64,000 nucleotides of DNA, from NCBI GenBank assembly GCA_965213585.1, contig CBDBZP010000005.1, positions 1,329,376 through 1,393,375 on the forward strand, read 5' to 3'. The number at the start of each line of letters is the position of its first letter. The stretch's first letter is position 1. Below, in pieces: positions 8,645 through 18,423 of this stretch. This stretch comes from Acidimicrobiales bacterium. Lineage in GTDB: Bacteria; Actinomycetota; Acidimicrobiia; Acidimicrobiales; Poriferisodalaceae. The translations under genes and the position numbers were made by a program. Under the pieces are notes generated by a model. It made no database searches, was not told the origin of the DNA, and saw only the letters and a program-made list of their open reading frames with translations.

Positions 8645-9442
8645 ATGACCGCCACCCAGACCCGAACCGACCCCCCCGCCGGTGGGCAGCCGCGACCGGC
8701 TGGTCTGCCGCTGAGCGGGCGGGTCAGGCCCCGGCGTCTGCCGTGGGCGGTGCTGGGGGTGATGGTGGTGGCCGGCGCGGGGCTGGCCTTCGCCATGTGG
8801 GCCGGCGCGCTGGGTGACCGGGTCCAGGTCCTGGCCGCTGCCGGTGACCTCGAGCCCGGCGAGGTCCTCGACCGGGGGGACCTGCGGGTGGTGGAGCTGG
8901 CCGGCGGCGACGGGGCCGCGGTCGTGGCGGCCGCCGACGCTGACCGTCTGGTGGGTCTGACCGTCCTGGGTCCGGTCCCGGCCGGGGCGCTGCTGGCGGG
9001 GGCCATGTTCGATGACCGTGACCCGCTCGGGCCCGGGGAGGTGATCGCCGGCGCCGTCCTGGCGCCCGGCCAGTACCCCGACGCGGGACTGCGACCGGGG
9101 GAGGTGGCGGTGCTGGTCCGTCCCGAGGTCACCGGCGCCGCCGGTCAGGCCCGGGCGGGCCGCCCGCTGGGGGTGGCCACGGTGTGGTCGGTTGACCCGC
9201 TGGCCCAGGCCGAGTCGCTGCTGGTCGGGTTCCGGGTCGACGCCGGCGTGGCCATGGCGGTGGGCGCCGCCGCCGCCGACGGGGAGCTGCGGATGCTGTC
9301 CGCTGACCCGGCCGGCGTCGACGCCCTGCTGGCCGACCTCGAGGCCGCCCACGCCGTCACCTTCGAGGTGGCCGCCTCCGAGGCGGCCGCCGCCACCGAC
9401 GCCGGCCCGGAGCAGGCCGCCGGGGCCGGGGTGGGGGAGTAG
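8645..9442 (+). CDS. cpaB: Flp pilus assembly protein CpaB/RcpC-like
   Basis: An N-terminal TM segment is followed by a SAF-like region (GEVLDRGDLRVVEL...). Its position immediately upstream of the cpaE/cpaF homologues fits. Confidence 0.7.
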   Translation: MTATQTRTDPPAGGQPRPAGLPLSGRVRPRRLPWAVLGVMVVAGAGLAFAMWAGALGDRVQVLAAAGDLEPGEVLDRGDLRVVELAGGDGAAVVAAADADRLVGLTVLGPVPAGALLAGAMFDDRDPLGPGEVIAGAVLAPGQYPDAGLRPGEVAVLVRPEVTGAAGQARAGRPLGVATVWSVDPLAQAESLLVGFRVDAGVAMAVGAAAADGELRMLSADPAGVDALLADLEAAHAVTFEVAASEAAAATDAGPEQAAGAGVGE

Positions 9443-9444
9443 CG

Positions 9445-10215
9445 GTGTTGTCGGTGGCGGTGTGCTCGCTGCGGGGGGCGCCGGGGGCGTCCACCGTGGC
9501 GGCCGGGCTGGCGGCGGCGTGGCCGGTGACCGACGCCGGTCGGGTGGTCCTGGTCGAGGCCGACCCGGCCGGTGGGGTGCTGGCTGCCCGGTGGGCGCTG
9601 AGCGAGAACCCCGGTCTGTTGGACCTGGCCGCCCGGAACCGGGCGGGGGACCTCGCCGCGGTGGAGGCGGCCGCGCAGGCCTGGACCGACACGGCCGGGG
9701 TGGTGGTGGCCCCCACCGACCCTGACGCCGTGGCCGGGTTGTTGGCGTCGGCGTCGGGGCAGGTGGTCGACACCCTGGCCGGTCTGGGGGTGCCGGTGGT
9801 GGTCGACGTCGGGCGTCTATCGAGGAAGTCGATGGCGCTGCCGCTGGCGGTACGGGCGGCCCGCGCCGTGGTGGTGTGCCCGAGACGCCTCGACGCGGCG
9901 GCGGGGATGGCGCCCTGGGCGGCCCGTCTGGTCGACACCGGCGCCCGCCCCGTGCTCGTCGCCGTCGGCGACGGCCCCTACTCCCCGGCCGAGGTGGCCG
10001 CCTCGGCCGGCCTCGAGCTGGCCGGGGTGCTGCCTTCGGACCGGCGGGGGGCCGCCGCGCTGTGGGCCGGGGACCGGCGCCGGCTGCGGCGCTCGGTGCT
10101 GTGGCGGGCGCTGCGCCAGCTCGCCGCCGACCTCGCCGCCGCCACCACTACCGCCGTTTCGGTCGTACCGGAGCCGGTGCGGCTGGTGTCACCAACCGAA
10201 GGAGACTCACCATGA
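9445..10215 (+). CDS. ParA/MinD-like ATPase of the TadZ/CpaE type (degenerate P-loop)
   Basis: VAVCSLRGAPGASTVAAGLAAAW...VVLVEADPAGG. The gene order also matches Tad loci. Confidence 0.6.
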   Translation: MLSVAVCSLRGAPGASTVAAGLAAAWPVTDAGRVVLVEADPAGGVLAARWALSENPGLLDLAARNRAGDLAAVEAAAQAWTDTAGVVVAPTDPDAVAGLLASASGQVVDTLAGLGVPVVVDVGRLSRKSMALPLAVRAARAVVVCPRRLDAAAGMAPWAARLVDTGARPVLVAVGDGPYSPAEVAASAGLELAGVLPSDRRGAAALWAGDRRRLRRSVLWRALRQLAADLAAATTTAVSVVPEPVRLVSPTEGDSP

Positions 10216-11546
10216 CCACCACCGCCGTCGATCAGCGGGAGCGGGCCTGGCTGGTGGGACGCCTGGCCGGTGACGTGCAGGCCGCGGTCGTCGACGGGTT
10301 GGGTCAGGCGGCCGAGTCCGCAGCCGACGATGACGCCGCCCGTGTGCGGGCCGTTGACGCCGCCCACGCCGCGCTGGCCGACATCAACCGGGCCCGCCTG
10401 GCCGCCGGGGAGGTGCCCCTCGACCACGACGTCGAGATCGACGTGATCGACACGGTGCTCGACAACTTGTACGGCACCGGGATCTTCGCCCCCTACCTGC
10501 GCGGCGAGGACCTCGAGGACTTCGTGGCCAACGGACCCGGCCGCGTGTTCGTCCGCCGGGCCGGCGGCGACGGCTGGGAACCGGCCCCACCCCTCGGCGT
10601 CGACGAGGCGGGCCTGATCGAACAGGTGAGGGCCCTGGCCGCCCGGGCCCGCACCGAGCGACGCTTCGACGCCGCCAGTCCCATCGTCGACCTCCGCCTC
10701 CCCGACGGGTCCCGCCTCAACGCCGTCATGGACGTCACCGCCACGGTCACGGTGTCGATCCGCCGCCACCGCCACCTCGACATCACCCTCGACGACCTCG
10801 TCGCCCTAGGCACGCTCGACAAGGCCCTGCACGGCTTCCTGGCCGCGGCGGTGGCCGCCGAGCTGAACATCGTCGTCACCGGCGACCAGGCGTCGGGCAA
10901 GACGACCCTGACGCGGGCCCTGCTGGGCGAGGTCGGCCCCCGGGTGCGTCTGGCCACCATCGAGGACCGCCTCGAGCTGCAGCTGTCCGCCAACCCGGAC
11001 CGGTTCCCCAACGTCGTCGAGTCAGAGACCCGCCTGGCCAACGCCGAGGGTCAGGGGGAGGTGACCATGCGGACCCTGGTCCGGGCCGCCCTCACCCAGG
11101 CCACCGACCGGGTCGTCGTCGGGGAGGTCCGCGGTGACGAGATCATCGACATGCTCGACGCCATGAGCCTGGGGGCCAGGGGGTCCCTGTGCACCCTGCA
11201 CACCCTGGGGTCGGCTGAGGCCATCAACCGGATCTGCACCCTGTGCGCCCGGGCCCCCGAACGCCTCCCCCGAGACGTCGCCCAGCAGCTCATCCGCGAC
11301 GCAGTGCAGCTCATCGTGCACCTCGAACAGCTCCCCAACGGGCGCCGGGTGGTGCACTCGGTCCGGGAGGTCACCACCTACCGGGACTCCGACGGGCTGC
11401 AGACCAACGAGATCTTCGCCCCCGACCACCACGGCCGGGCCTGCCCCGCCCACCCCCCCGAGGCCCGCACCATGGCCCGCCTCGTCGCCGTCGGCTTCGA
11501 CGACACCGTCCTGTTCCAGCCGGCCGGGTTCTGGGACCAGCCGTGA
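10212..11546 (+). CDS. cpaF: CpaF/TadA secretion ATPase
   Basis: ATG 10212 overlaps the upstream stop. Walker A VVTGDQASGKTTL. The segment RVVVGEVRGDEIIDMLDAM...GSLCTLH is typical of VirB11/CpaF ATPases. Confidence 0.9.
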   Translation: MTTTAVDQRERAWLVGRLAGDVQAAVVDGLGQAAESAADDDAARVRAVDAAHAALADINRARLAAGEVPLDHDVEIDVIDTVLDNLYGTGIFAPYLRGEDLEDFVANGPGRVFVRRAGGDGWEPAPPLGVDEAGLIEQVRALAARARTERRFDAASPIVDLRLPDGSRLNAVMDVTATVTVSIRRHRHLDITLDDLVALGTLDKALHGFLAAAVAAELNIVVTGDQASGKTTLTRALLGEVGPRVRLATIEDRLELQLSANPDRFPNVVESETRLANAEGQGEVTMRTLVRAALTQATDRVVVGEVRGDEIIDMLDAMSLGARGSLCTLHTLGSAEAINRICTLCARAPERLPRDVAQQLIRDAVQLIVHLEQLPNGRRVVHSVREVTTYRDSDGLQTNEIFAPDHHGRACPAHPPEARTMARLVAVGFDDTVLFQPAGFWDQP

Positions 11547-11574
11547 CCCCCCACGCCGTCGACGGGGCCCGCTG

Positions 11575-12432
11575 ATGGTGCCGCTGATCGGGGCGCTGTT
11601 CGGTGCCACCATCGGGCTCGGGGTGCTGATCGTCGTGGGGGCGGTCACGGGCCGCTTCGACCGCACCGCCCTCACCGCCGGTGGGCGCCTGGGCCGCCTG
11701 GTCGGCGCCGAACGGCCCCTGCTGTGGGCCGCCGTGTGGGTGACCGTGTTCGTGGTCGTCTGGGCGGCCACCGGGTGGGTGGCGGGCGGGCTGATCGCCG
11801 TGATCGTGGCCCGGGTCGTGCCCCGCATCGTGGCCACCCGCCGCCGGCGGGCCGCGCAGGTAGCCCGCATCGAGGCGATCGCGTCGTGGTGTGAGATGCT
11901 GCGCGACACCATCTCGGCCGCCTCGGGCCTGCACGAGGCCATCCGGGTCACCGCCCGGGTCGCCCCCGAACCGGTCGCCGGGCCCGTCGGCCGTCTGGCT
12001 GCCCGCCTGCACCACGTCCCCCTGGAACGGGCCCTGCGGTCCTTCGCCGACGAGGTCGACCACCCCATTGGTGACCTGGTGGTGGCCAGCCTCCTGCTCG
12101 CCGCCGGCGGCCAGGGCGGCTCCATGGCGGGCCAGCTCACCGAACTGGCCGGCACCGCCCGCGCCAACGCCACCATGCGCCTCCGGGTCGAGGCCTCCCG
12201 GGCCCGGGTCTACACCGGAGCGTCGACGGTGGGCGGGGTGTTCGCCGTGTTCGCGGTCGGGCTGGTGGTGCTGAACCGCTCCTACCTGGCGCCCTTCGAC
12301 GACGCCGCCGGTCAGCTGGTCCTGCTCGTCATCGCCGCCATGATCCTGGGGGGCTGGGCTGCGATGTACCGGCTGGGGGACTTCACCGAGATGCCCCGGG
12401 TCCTGCACCGCCCCGACGGCGGGCCCCGGTGA
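11575..12432 (+). CDS. tadB: TadB-like type II secretion F-family membrane protein
   Basis: Polytopic membrane protein directly after cpaF. Confidence 0.8.
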   Translation: MVPLIGALFGATIGLGVLIVVGAVTGRFDRTALTAGGRLGRLVGAERPLLWAAVWVTVFVVVWAATGWVAGGLIAVIVARVVPRIVATRRRRAAQVARIEAIASWCEMLRDTISAASGLHEAIRVTARVAPEPVAGPVGRLAARLHHVPLERALRSFADEVDHPIGDLVVASLLLAAGGQGGSMAGQLTELAGTARANATMRLRVEASRARVYTGASTVGGVFAVFAVGLVVLNRSYLAPFDDAAGQLVLLVIAAMILGGWAAMYRLGDFTEMPRVLHRPDGGPR

Positions 12433-12463
12433 CCGGCCCGGCGGCCTCGAACCGGGACCGGTC

Positions 12464-13336
12464 GTGCTGACCGGCCTGGGGTTGGGGGCGCTCACCGGCC
12501 TGGGGGTGTGGCTGGTGGGCCGGGGTCTGACCCCGGCCCGGCGGCCGCTGGCGACCGACCTGGCCGCCCTGGCCGCCCCCGCCGGGCTGGCGGCGGGGCC
12601 GCCCGCCCGGCGACGGGACCGGTCGGTGGCGGCGCTGGTGGGCCGGGCCGGGGTGGACTTCTCGCACCTGGCCGCCGACCTGGCCGTGTGCGGGCGCACC
12701 GTCGAACGTCACGCCACCGAACGGCTCGGCTTCGCCGTGTTCTTCGCGGCCCTGCCCGCCGTCGCCTGGGCCGCCGCCGGGGCGGTGGGGGTGTGGCTGT
12801 CACCGGCGCTGGTGGCCGTGGTGGCGGCCGCCGTGGGGGCGGCCGGGTGGGCGTTCCCGGCCATCGAGCTGCGGTCCCGGGCCCGGGCCCGGCGCCGGGA
12901 GTTCGCCTCCGCCCTGGGCGTGTACCTGGATCTGGTGGCCATCAGCCTGGCCGGCGGAGCGGGCGTGCAGACCGCCCTACGCCGTGCCGCCGAGGTGGCC
13001 GACGGGTGGTCCTTCGCCGAGATCCGCCACACCCTGGCCGTGGCCCGCCTCACCCGTACCTCCCCCTGGGACGCCCTGGGGGCCATGGCCCGGCGCTTCG
13101 CGCTCCCCGAGCTGTTGGAGCTGACCTCCAGCCTGGCGCTGGCCGGCACCTCCGGTTCCCGGGTCCGCGACTCCCTGGTGGCCAAGGCCCAGAGCTTCCG
13201 GGCCCATGACCTCGCCGAGACCGAACGGAAGGCCCAGGCGGCCTCCGAGAAGATGTCAGCACCGGTCGTGCTGATGCTCACCGGCCTGCTCCTGCTCATC
13301 GGCTACCCGGCCGTGCGGGCGCTCATGTCGGTGTGA
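12464..13336 (+). CDS. tadC: TadC-like type II secretion F-family membrane protein
   Basis: Second F-family paralogue. GTG start at 12464. Confidence 0.8.
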   Translation: MLTGLGLGALTGLGVWLVGRGLTPARRPLATDLAALAAPAGLAAGPPARRRDRSVAALVGRAGVDFSHLAADLAVCGRTVERHATERLGFAVFFAALPAVAWAAAGAVGVWLSPALVAVVAAAVGAAGWAFPAIELRSRARARRREFASALGVYLDLVAISLAGGAGVQTALRRAAEVADGWSFAEIRHTLAVARLTRTSPWDALGAMARRFALPELLELTSSLALAGTSGSRVRDSLVAKAQSFRAHDLAETERKAQAASEKMSAPVVLMLTGLLLLIGYPAVRALMSV

Positions 13337-13369
13337 CACCCACCAACCCGCCCAGAAAGGGCCACGCCC

Positions 13370-13570
13370 ATGACCATTACCCGACTGACCGCCACCCTGG
13401 CCGCCGCTGCGGCCGTCATCTCGGCCCGAGCGGCCGACGCCCGCGCCGACGACCGGGGTGGGATCACCCCCCAGACCGTCGTCGTGGCCGTCTTCGCCGC
13501 CCTGGCCATCACCGTCGGGGCGATCATCACCGCCGTGGTGGTCGCCAAGGCCAACAGCATCAGCCTCTGA
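13370..13570 (+). CDS. Small Flp/DUF4244-like putative pilin (66 aa)
   Basis: Leader ...ADARADDRGG, then the hydrophobic helix ITPQTVVVAVFAALAITVGAIITAVVV. It sits where actinobacterial Tad loci carry the pilin. The usual EY after the cleavage Gly is missing. Confidence 0.5.
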   Translation: MTITRLTATLAAAAAVISARAADARADDRGGITPQTVVVAVFAALAITVGAIITAVVVAKANSISL

Positions 13571-13596
13571 GCTGCCGCCCCCAGGACCCATCCCCG

Positions 13597-14091
13597 GTGA
13601 CCGCCACGAGCAGGCCCGGGTCCGCCCCCCACCACTTCGGTGTCGGGGGCGGGCCCGGACCCGGCCAGCACCCGTCAAGGCCGCCCGCTGCCCGGTCACG
13701 GATCGGCGCGCTGCGGGCCCGGGCCGCCGCCGACGACTGCGGTCTGGTCTCGGTCGTGCTGCTCGTCCCGCTGGTGGTGCTCATGGTGCTCCTCCCGGCC
13801 CAGCTGGCCATGGTCTGGCACGCCAACAACGTCGTCGAAGCGGCCGCCGTGGACGGCCTGCGGGCCGCCCAGGGCGGCGGGGACGGCCCCGCCACCGCCG
13901 CCGGGATCATCGGCGGCGCCAACCGGGGCGGCCTCCTCGACGACGTGCACATCGCCGTCGACGCCGGCCCGGTGACCGTCACCGCCACCGTGTCGGGCGC
14001 CGTGGCGTCCATTCTGCCCGTGGGCGGGTGGCGGGTCACCGCCACCGCCTCGGGACCGGTCGAACGGTTCATCGGCGAGGCCAACCGATGA
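13597..14091 (+). CDS. TadE-like pseudopilin (start uncertain; first in-frame GTG used)
   Basis: Frame of ORF 13333..14091: DDCGLVSVVLLVPLVVLMVLLPAQLAMVWHANNVVEAAAVDGLRAA. Confidence 0.55.
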   Translation: MTATSRPGSAPHHFGVGGGPGPGQHPSRPPAARSRIGALRARAAADDCGLVSVVLLVPLVVLMVLLPAQLAMVWHANNVVEAAAVDGLRAAQGGGDGPATAAGIIGGANRGGLLDDVHIAVDAGPVTVTATVSGAVASILPVGGWRVTATASGPVERFIGEANR

Positions 14092-14528
14092 CCCCCGCCG
14101 GCGGCCGCACAGACCGGTGGGTGCGGGCTCGCAGCGAGGACCGGGGGACCATGACCGTCGAGGTGGCGGTGCTGGCGCTGCCGCTGATGCTGGTGGCCGG
14201 GTTCGTGGTCCTGGTCGGCCGTCTCGGCGGCGCCGACGCCGATGTCGGTCAGGCCGCCCGTGACGCAGCCCGGGCCGGGAGCCTCTACCTGCCCGACCGG
14301 GCCCGCCCCGAAGCGGTCGCCGCCGCCCGGTCAGCGCTCGACGCCTCCGGTACCGCCTGCGTGGACCTGACCGTGGCGGTGACCACCAGCGGCCGGCCCG
14401 GGGATCTGGCCACCGCCACCGTCACCTGCGTGGTGCGGGTCAGCGAGTTCCCCCTCCTCGGCCCCGTCGCCAAGACCGTGACCGCGACGGCCGCTCACCC
14501 CATCGACTCGTGGCGGGCCGACCCGTGA
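14088..14528 (+). CDS. TadE-like pseudopilin
   Basis: ATGA overlap with the upstream gene. EDRGTMTVEVAVLALPLMLVAGFVVLVGRL...AARDAARAGS. Confidence 0.65.
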   Translation: MTPAGGRTDRWVRARSEDRGTMTVEVAVLALPLMLVAGFVVLVGRLGGADADVGQAARDAARAGSLYLPDRARPEAVAAARSALDASGTACVDLTVAVTTSGRPGDLATATVTCVVRVSEFPLLGPVAKTVTATAAHPIDSWRADP

Positions 14529-14959
14529 CCGTGGCCCCGCCGGGCCCGCCTCGGCTGGACCGCCGGGATGACCGGGGGTCGGTATCGGTCATGGTGGTGA
14601 TCCTGCTGGTGCCCCTGGTGGGCCTGGCCGGGCTGGCCTTCGACGGCGGTCAGGCCCTCGCCGCCCGCCGCGACGCCGCCGACGTGGCCTTCTCCGCCGC
14701 CCGGGCCGGCGCCCAAGCCCTCGGCGACGAGACCGGCGGGTTCGTCGACGCCGCCCCCGCGGCCGCTTCCGCCCGGGCTGCCGCCGCCGCCGGCGGCTGG
14801 CCCGCCGTCACCGTCACCGTGACCGGCCCTGACGTGACCGTCACCGTGACCGGCACCGTCGACTACGCCCTCCTCGGCCTGCTCGGCGTCCGGTCCGGTC
14901 CCGTCACCGCCACCGCTACCGCCACCGCCACCTGGGGGGTCCTCGATGCCGTCACCTGA
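14525..14959 (+). CDS. TadG/TadE-like pilus assembly protein
   Basis: GTGA overlap. DDRGSVSVMVVILLVPLVGLAGLAFDGGQALAARRDAADVAFSAARAGA. Confidence 0.65.
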   Translation: MTVAPPGPPRLDRRDDRGSVSVMVVILLVPLVGLAGLAFDGGQALAARRDAADVAFSAARAGAQALGDETGGFVDAAPAAASARAAAAAGGWPAVTVTVTGPDVTVTVTGTVDYALLGLLGVRSGPVTATATATATWGVLDAVT

Positions 14960-17900
14960 GCGACGGGTCACCCGCCGGCGTCGTCTCGCCGATGCCGCCA
15001 CCGGTCTCGGCGCCGCCGCCGCCATCGCCGCCCTCGTCGTCGGTGTCCCCGCCGCGCTCCTGGCCGTGGTCGGCTCGCCCCTGCCGGCCGGTGTGGCGTC
15101 CTGGGAGGAGATCTCCGCCGCCCTCGAATCGGGCCAGATCGCCGAGTCCACCATCGTCAAGGCCGTCTCCTGGCTGGTGTGGGCCGCCTGGGCGCAGCTC
15201 ACCCTGGTTCTCGCCGTCGAGGTGGCCGCCCTGGCCGCCAACCGCACCCCCCGCCCCGTCGGTCCCGCCGGCATGCATCACCTCGCCGCCCGCCTGGTGT
15301 CGGCAGCCACGCTCACCTGGGCCGCCATCGGCGGGCTCAGCCCCGCCGGGGCCAACCCACCCATGCCCGGACCTGTCGCCGCCGCCCGCTACGACCAGCC
15401 CACCCCCACCCCCGCCGTCGAGATCGACGCCGTGGCGCCGGGACCGGTGTCGGTGCTGGCCGGGCGGGTGCACCGGGCCACCCACGGTGACACCTGGACC
15501 AGCCTGGCCGGCGCCTACCTCGGTGACCCTGCCGCCTGGGGTCGCCTCCTCGACGCCAACCGGGGCCGCACCGTCGCCGCCGGCACCACCGTGGCGGCGG
15601 CCGGGCCCATCCACGCCGGCTGGGAGCTCCTCATCCCGGCCGCCACCCCCGACCGTCTCTCCGTGCCCGTCACCGCCCGCCTCAGGGCCCTGGACCCCGA
15701 CCTGGGCGACGACCCGGCCCCCGACGAACGCCTCTACACCGTCGCCTGCGGTGACAACCTCTGGGACATCGCCGAAACCCACCTCACCGGCGCCTGGGGC
15801 CGCCCGCCCGAGGACCCCGAGACCTTCCGGTACTGGACCGAGCTCATCGACCACAACATCGCCGCCCTCGACGACAACCCCGACCTCATCCACCCCGGCG
15901 ACCAGCTCGTGCTGCCCTCCCTTAGCCCCGTCCCCGCCGCACCCCCCGCCGCCAGCCCCGGACCGGCCGACGACCCCGCCCCCCCGGACCCGCCGGCGCC
16001 CGACGCCGAGGCTGCGCCCCCCCAGACGACCGACAGCAACACCGCGGCAGACCAGGACCCCGAGGCGCTGCCCGACACGGACGACGTCGACCCGCCGGCA
16101 GCCGTCGAGGCCGGGCCGGGGCAGTGGCCGGCCACAGCAGACGCACCCCCGACCGCTCCGTCGGCCGTGGCCGTCACGGGCCCGTCGGTCCTGCTGCCCC
16201 CGCCACCACCGCCGCCCCGGCCCGATCCGCTCCCGGCCGCCGCCGCCGCCGACCACCCTGCCGTCGCCGACGGCGCCGCCCTGATCCCCCAGCCCGGGCC
16301 CGACCGGGCCGACAGCCCCACCCCGCCCGAGAGTCCCGGCGGTGAGCTGACGCCGCCGACCGAGCGGGGGGTGCGGATCGGTGAGCTGGTCGCCGGTCTC
16401 GGCGTGGCCGCCGCCGGCCTGGCCGCCGGGGTGTTGTGGTCGCTGCGGCGCCGGCGACGCGCCGTCATGGCCCGCCGGCCCGCCGGTCACCTCGTCGAAC
16501 CGGTCCCCGACGCCGCCGCCGACACCGAACGGGCCCTCGCCGACGTGGCCGCCACCGACGACGACCTGGAATGGACCGCACGGGCCATCGCCTCCCTCGC
16601 CGTCGCCTGCCCCCGCCCCGGCGCCCCCGTCGCCCAGCCGCTGCTGTCCCAGTACGCCGACGGGGTCCTCGAGGTCATGGTCACCCCCCCCATGGTCGAC
16701 CCCCCCGACCCGTGGCGGCCCCTGTCCGGCGGCCAAGTCGTCCGCCTCGACCGCTCCGTACCCACCGGCGAACTGCCCGACCCGGGCGACATCTACCCGG
16801 CCCCGGGATGGGTGACCCTCGGCGGAGGTGACACCGTGGCCCGCCTCAGCCTCGAAGCCGTTGGCGCACTCAACGTCAGCGGCGACAACCCCGACGGGCT
16901 CGTCGCCTCCATGGTGGCCGAGTTGTGCACCGGGCCCGGCGCCGCCCAGGTGCTGCTGTCGAGCCCCGAACCCGACCCCGTCTTCGACGTGTTCGACACC
17001 GTCCGACGCCTCCCCCTCGACGACGCCGACGGCGAGCTGCGCCGCTGGATGGGCGACATCGACGAGCACCTGCGCTCCTACCGGGTCCCCACCGCCCTCA
17101 CCGCCCGGGCCGGCGGCACCGGTGACCCCTGGCCCGTGCTCGTGCTCATCACCCGGACCGCCCCATCGGCCGAACTCGTCGAGCTGGCCGCCCGCGGCGG
17201 CCGCGCCGTCGCCGTCGTCGGCGTCGACTGCCTGCCCGCCGCACCCGTCCAGGTCCGCCTCCACGGCGACCAGGTCACCATCGACCCGTGGGCGCTCACC
17301 TACACCGCCCAACGCCTCACCCCCCACACCGTCACCGCCGTGGCCCGCCTCTGGGACCACGCCGGCGCCGACCCCGTCCCCGTCGAACTGTTCGACCACC
17401 CCGACCCTCATGACACCGCAGCGGGCCCCGACCCCGACGCGCCCGCCGACCAGCCCCCACCAGACCCCGACCCCGCAACCCTCCCAGCCGACCGCGACAG
17501 CCGCCCGGCGGTACCGGCGGAAGCGACCGGACCCGGTGACGACGACGACCCCGACCCCGACTCCGCCCCCACCCCCGCCACCGAGCCGGGCCAGGGGCGT
17601 GACCCGGTGCCGATCGTCGCCTCCACCCTCGCCCCCGTCGTCCGCCTCGGCGAGGAGCACTTCGCCGACCCCGACATCGACGTCGAGGTCCGGGTCCTCG
17701 GCCCCGTCGACGTCATCGGCGGCCCCGCCAGCCTGCGGGGCGTCAACCTGGCCCTCCTCGCCTACCTGGCCACCCGCACCGACCCCGTCACCCTCGACGC
17801 CATCCGCGACGCCGTCTGGGGCGGCGCCGCCGTCAACCCTCAACGCGTCTACACCGCCGCCAGCACCCTGCGCACCGCCATCGGCCCCGACGCCCTCCCC

Positions 17901-18386
17901 GGCGCCGGCGAACACGGCTACCAGCTCACCCGAGGGACCGTCACCACCGACCTGGCCCGCTTCCAGTACCGGGTCATCTACGCCGACCGGACCGGCACCG
18001 ACGCAGCCGTCTGCACCCTCGTCCAGGCCCTCAGCCTCGTACGCGGGCAACCCTTCTCCGCCACCACCGCCGAGGACCAGTGGTGGCGCTGGGCCCACGA
18101 CGAATCCCTGGCGTCAGCCACCGAAGCCCACATCGCCGACATCGCCCACCGCGTCTCCTGGCTGGCCCGCGAGGAACGGCGCGACCTGGACCTGGCCCAG
18201 TGGGCCGCCGAACAGGGCCTGGCCGCCAGCCCCCACTGCGACCGCCTCGTCGGCGAGCTCATGCGCGCCCACCTCGCCGCCGGGCGGCGGACCACCGCGG
18301 CGCGCATCCTCGCCGACCACGACGAGGCCATGGCCAACCTCGGTCTCACCGCCGACGACGACCTCCGCGCCATCCTCGCCCCCTGA
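14946..18386 (+). CDS. Large membrane protein: two LysM-like segments, a Pro-rich spacer, a second TM segment and a C-terminal SARP/BTAD-type winged-helix regulator domain
   Basis: LysM-like HRATHGDTWTSLAGAYLGDPAAWGRLLDANRG and YTVACGDNLWDIAETHL...LIHPGDQLVLP. C-terminal VEVRVLGPVDVIGG...LALLAYLATR...YQL...TDLARFQ resembles OmpR/SARP plus BTAD. Confidence 0.8.
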   Translation: MPSPERRVTRRRRLADAATGLGAAAAIAALVVGVPAALLAVVGSPLPAGVASWEEISAALESGQIAESTIVKAVSWLVWAAWAQLTLVLAVEVAALAANRTPRPVGPAGMHHLAARLVSAATLTWAAIGGLSPAGANPPMPGPVAAARYDQPTPTPAVEIDAVAPGPVSVLAGRVHRATHGDTWTSLAGAYLGDPAAWGRLLDANRGRTVAAGTTVAAAGPIHAGWELLIPAATPDRLSVPVTARLRALDPDLGDDPAPDERLYTVACGDNLWDIAETHLTGAWGRPPEDPETFRYWTELIDHNIAALDDNPDLIHPGDQLVLPSLSPVPAAPPAASPGPADDPAPPDPPAPDAEAAPPQTTDSNTAADQDPEALPDTDDVDPPAAVEAGPGQWPATADAPPTAPSAVAVTGPSVLLPPPPPPPRPDPLPAAAAADHPAVADGAALIPQPGPDRADSPTPPESPGGELTPPTERGVRIGELVAGLGVAAAGLAAGVLWSLRRRRRAVMARRPAGHLVEPVPDAAADTERALADVAATDDDLEWTARAIASLAVACPRPGAPVAQPLLSQYADGVLEVMVTPPMVDPPDPWRPLSGGQVVRLDRSVPTGELPDPGDIYPAPGWVTLGGGDTVARLSLEAVGALNVSGDNPDGLVASMVAELCTGPGAAQVLLSSPEPDPVFDVFDTVRRLPLDDADGELRRWMGDIDEHLRSYRVPTALTARAGGTGDPWPVLVLITRTAPSAELVELAARGGRAVAVVGVDCLPAAPVQVRLHGDQVTIDPWALTYTAQRLTPHTVTAVARLWDHAGADPVPVELFDHPDPHDTAAGPDPDAPADQPPPDPDPATLPADRDSRPAVPAEATGPGDDDDPDPDSAPTPATEPGQGRDPVPIVASTLAPVVRLGEEHFADPDIDVEVRVLGPVDVIGGPASLRGVNLALLAYLATRTDPVTLDAIRDAVWGGAAVNPQRVYTAASTLRTAIGPDALPGAGEHGYQLTRGTVTTDLARFQYRVIYADRTGTDAAVCTLVQALSLVRGQPFSATTAEDQWWRWAHDESLASATEAHIADIAHRVSWLAREERRDLDLAQWAAEQGLAASPHCDRLVGELMRAHLAAGRRTTAARILADHDEAMANLGLTADDDLRAILAP

Positions 18387-18423
18387 CCTTGGGCGCCGCG
18401 GATCCGGCGGCGATGCGGATCAG

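Noticed and set aside
14952-18098. 1048-aa minus-strand ORF antisense to the LysM-BTAD gene. Similar very long antisense or off-frame ORFs occur at 19339-21753, 16828-19167, 18642-20207, 22741-23922, 36666-37844, 49677-51845 and 11371-12699.
   Set aside because: Their composition (Gly/Arg/Pro/Ala/His runs) is typical of stop-free alternative frames in very high-GC DNA. The opposite or other frame carries clear motifs in each case.
18392-18412. Short hairpin cgccg-cggatc-cggcg between the convergent stops at 18386 and 18424, as a possible terminator.
   Set aside because: The stem is only 5 bp with no U-tract, too weak to call.
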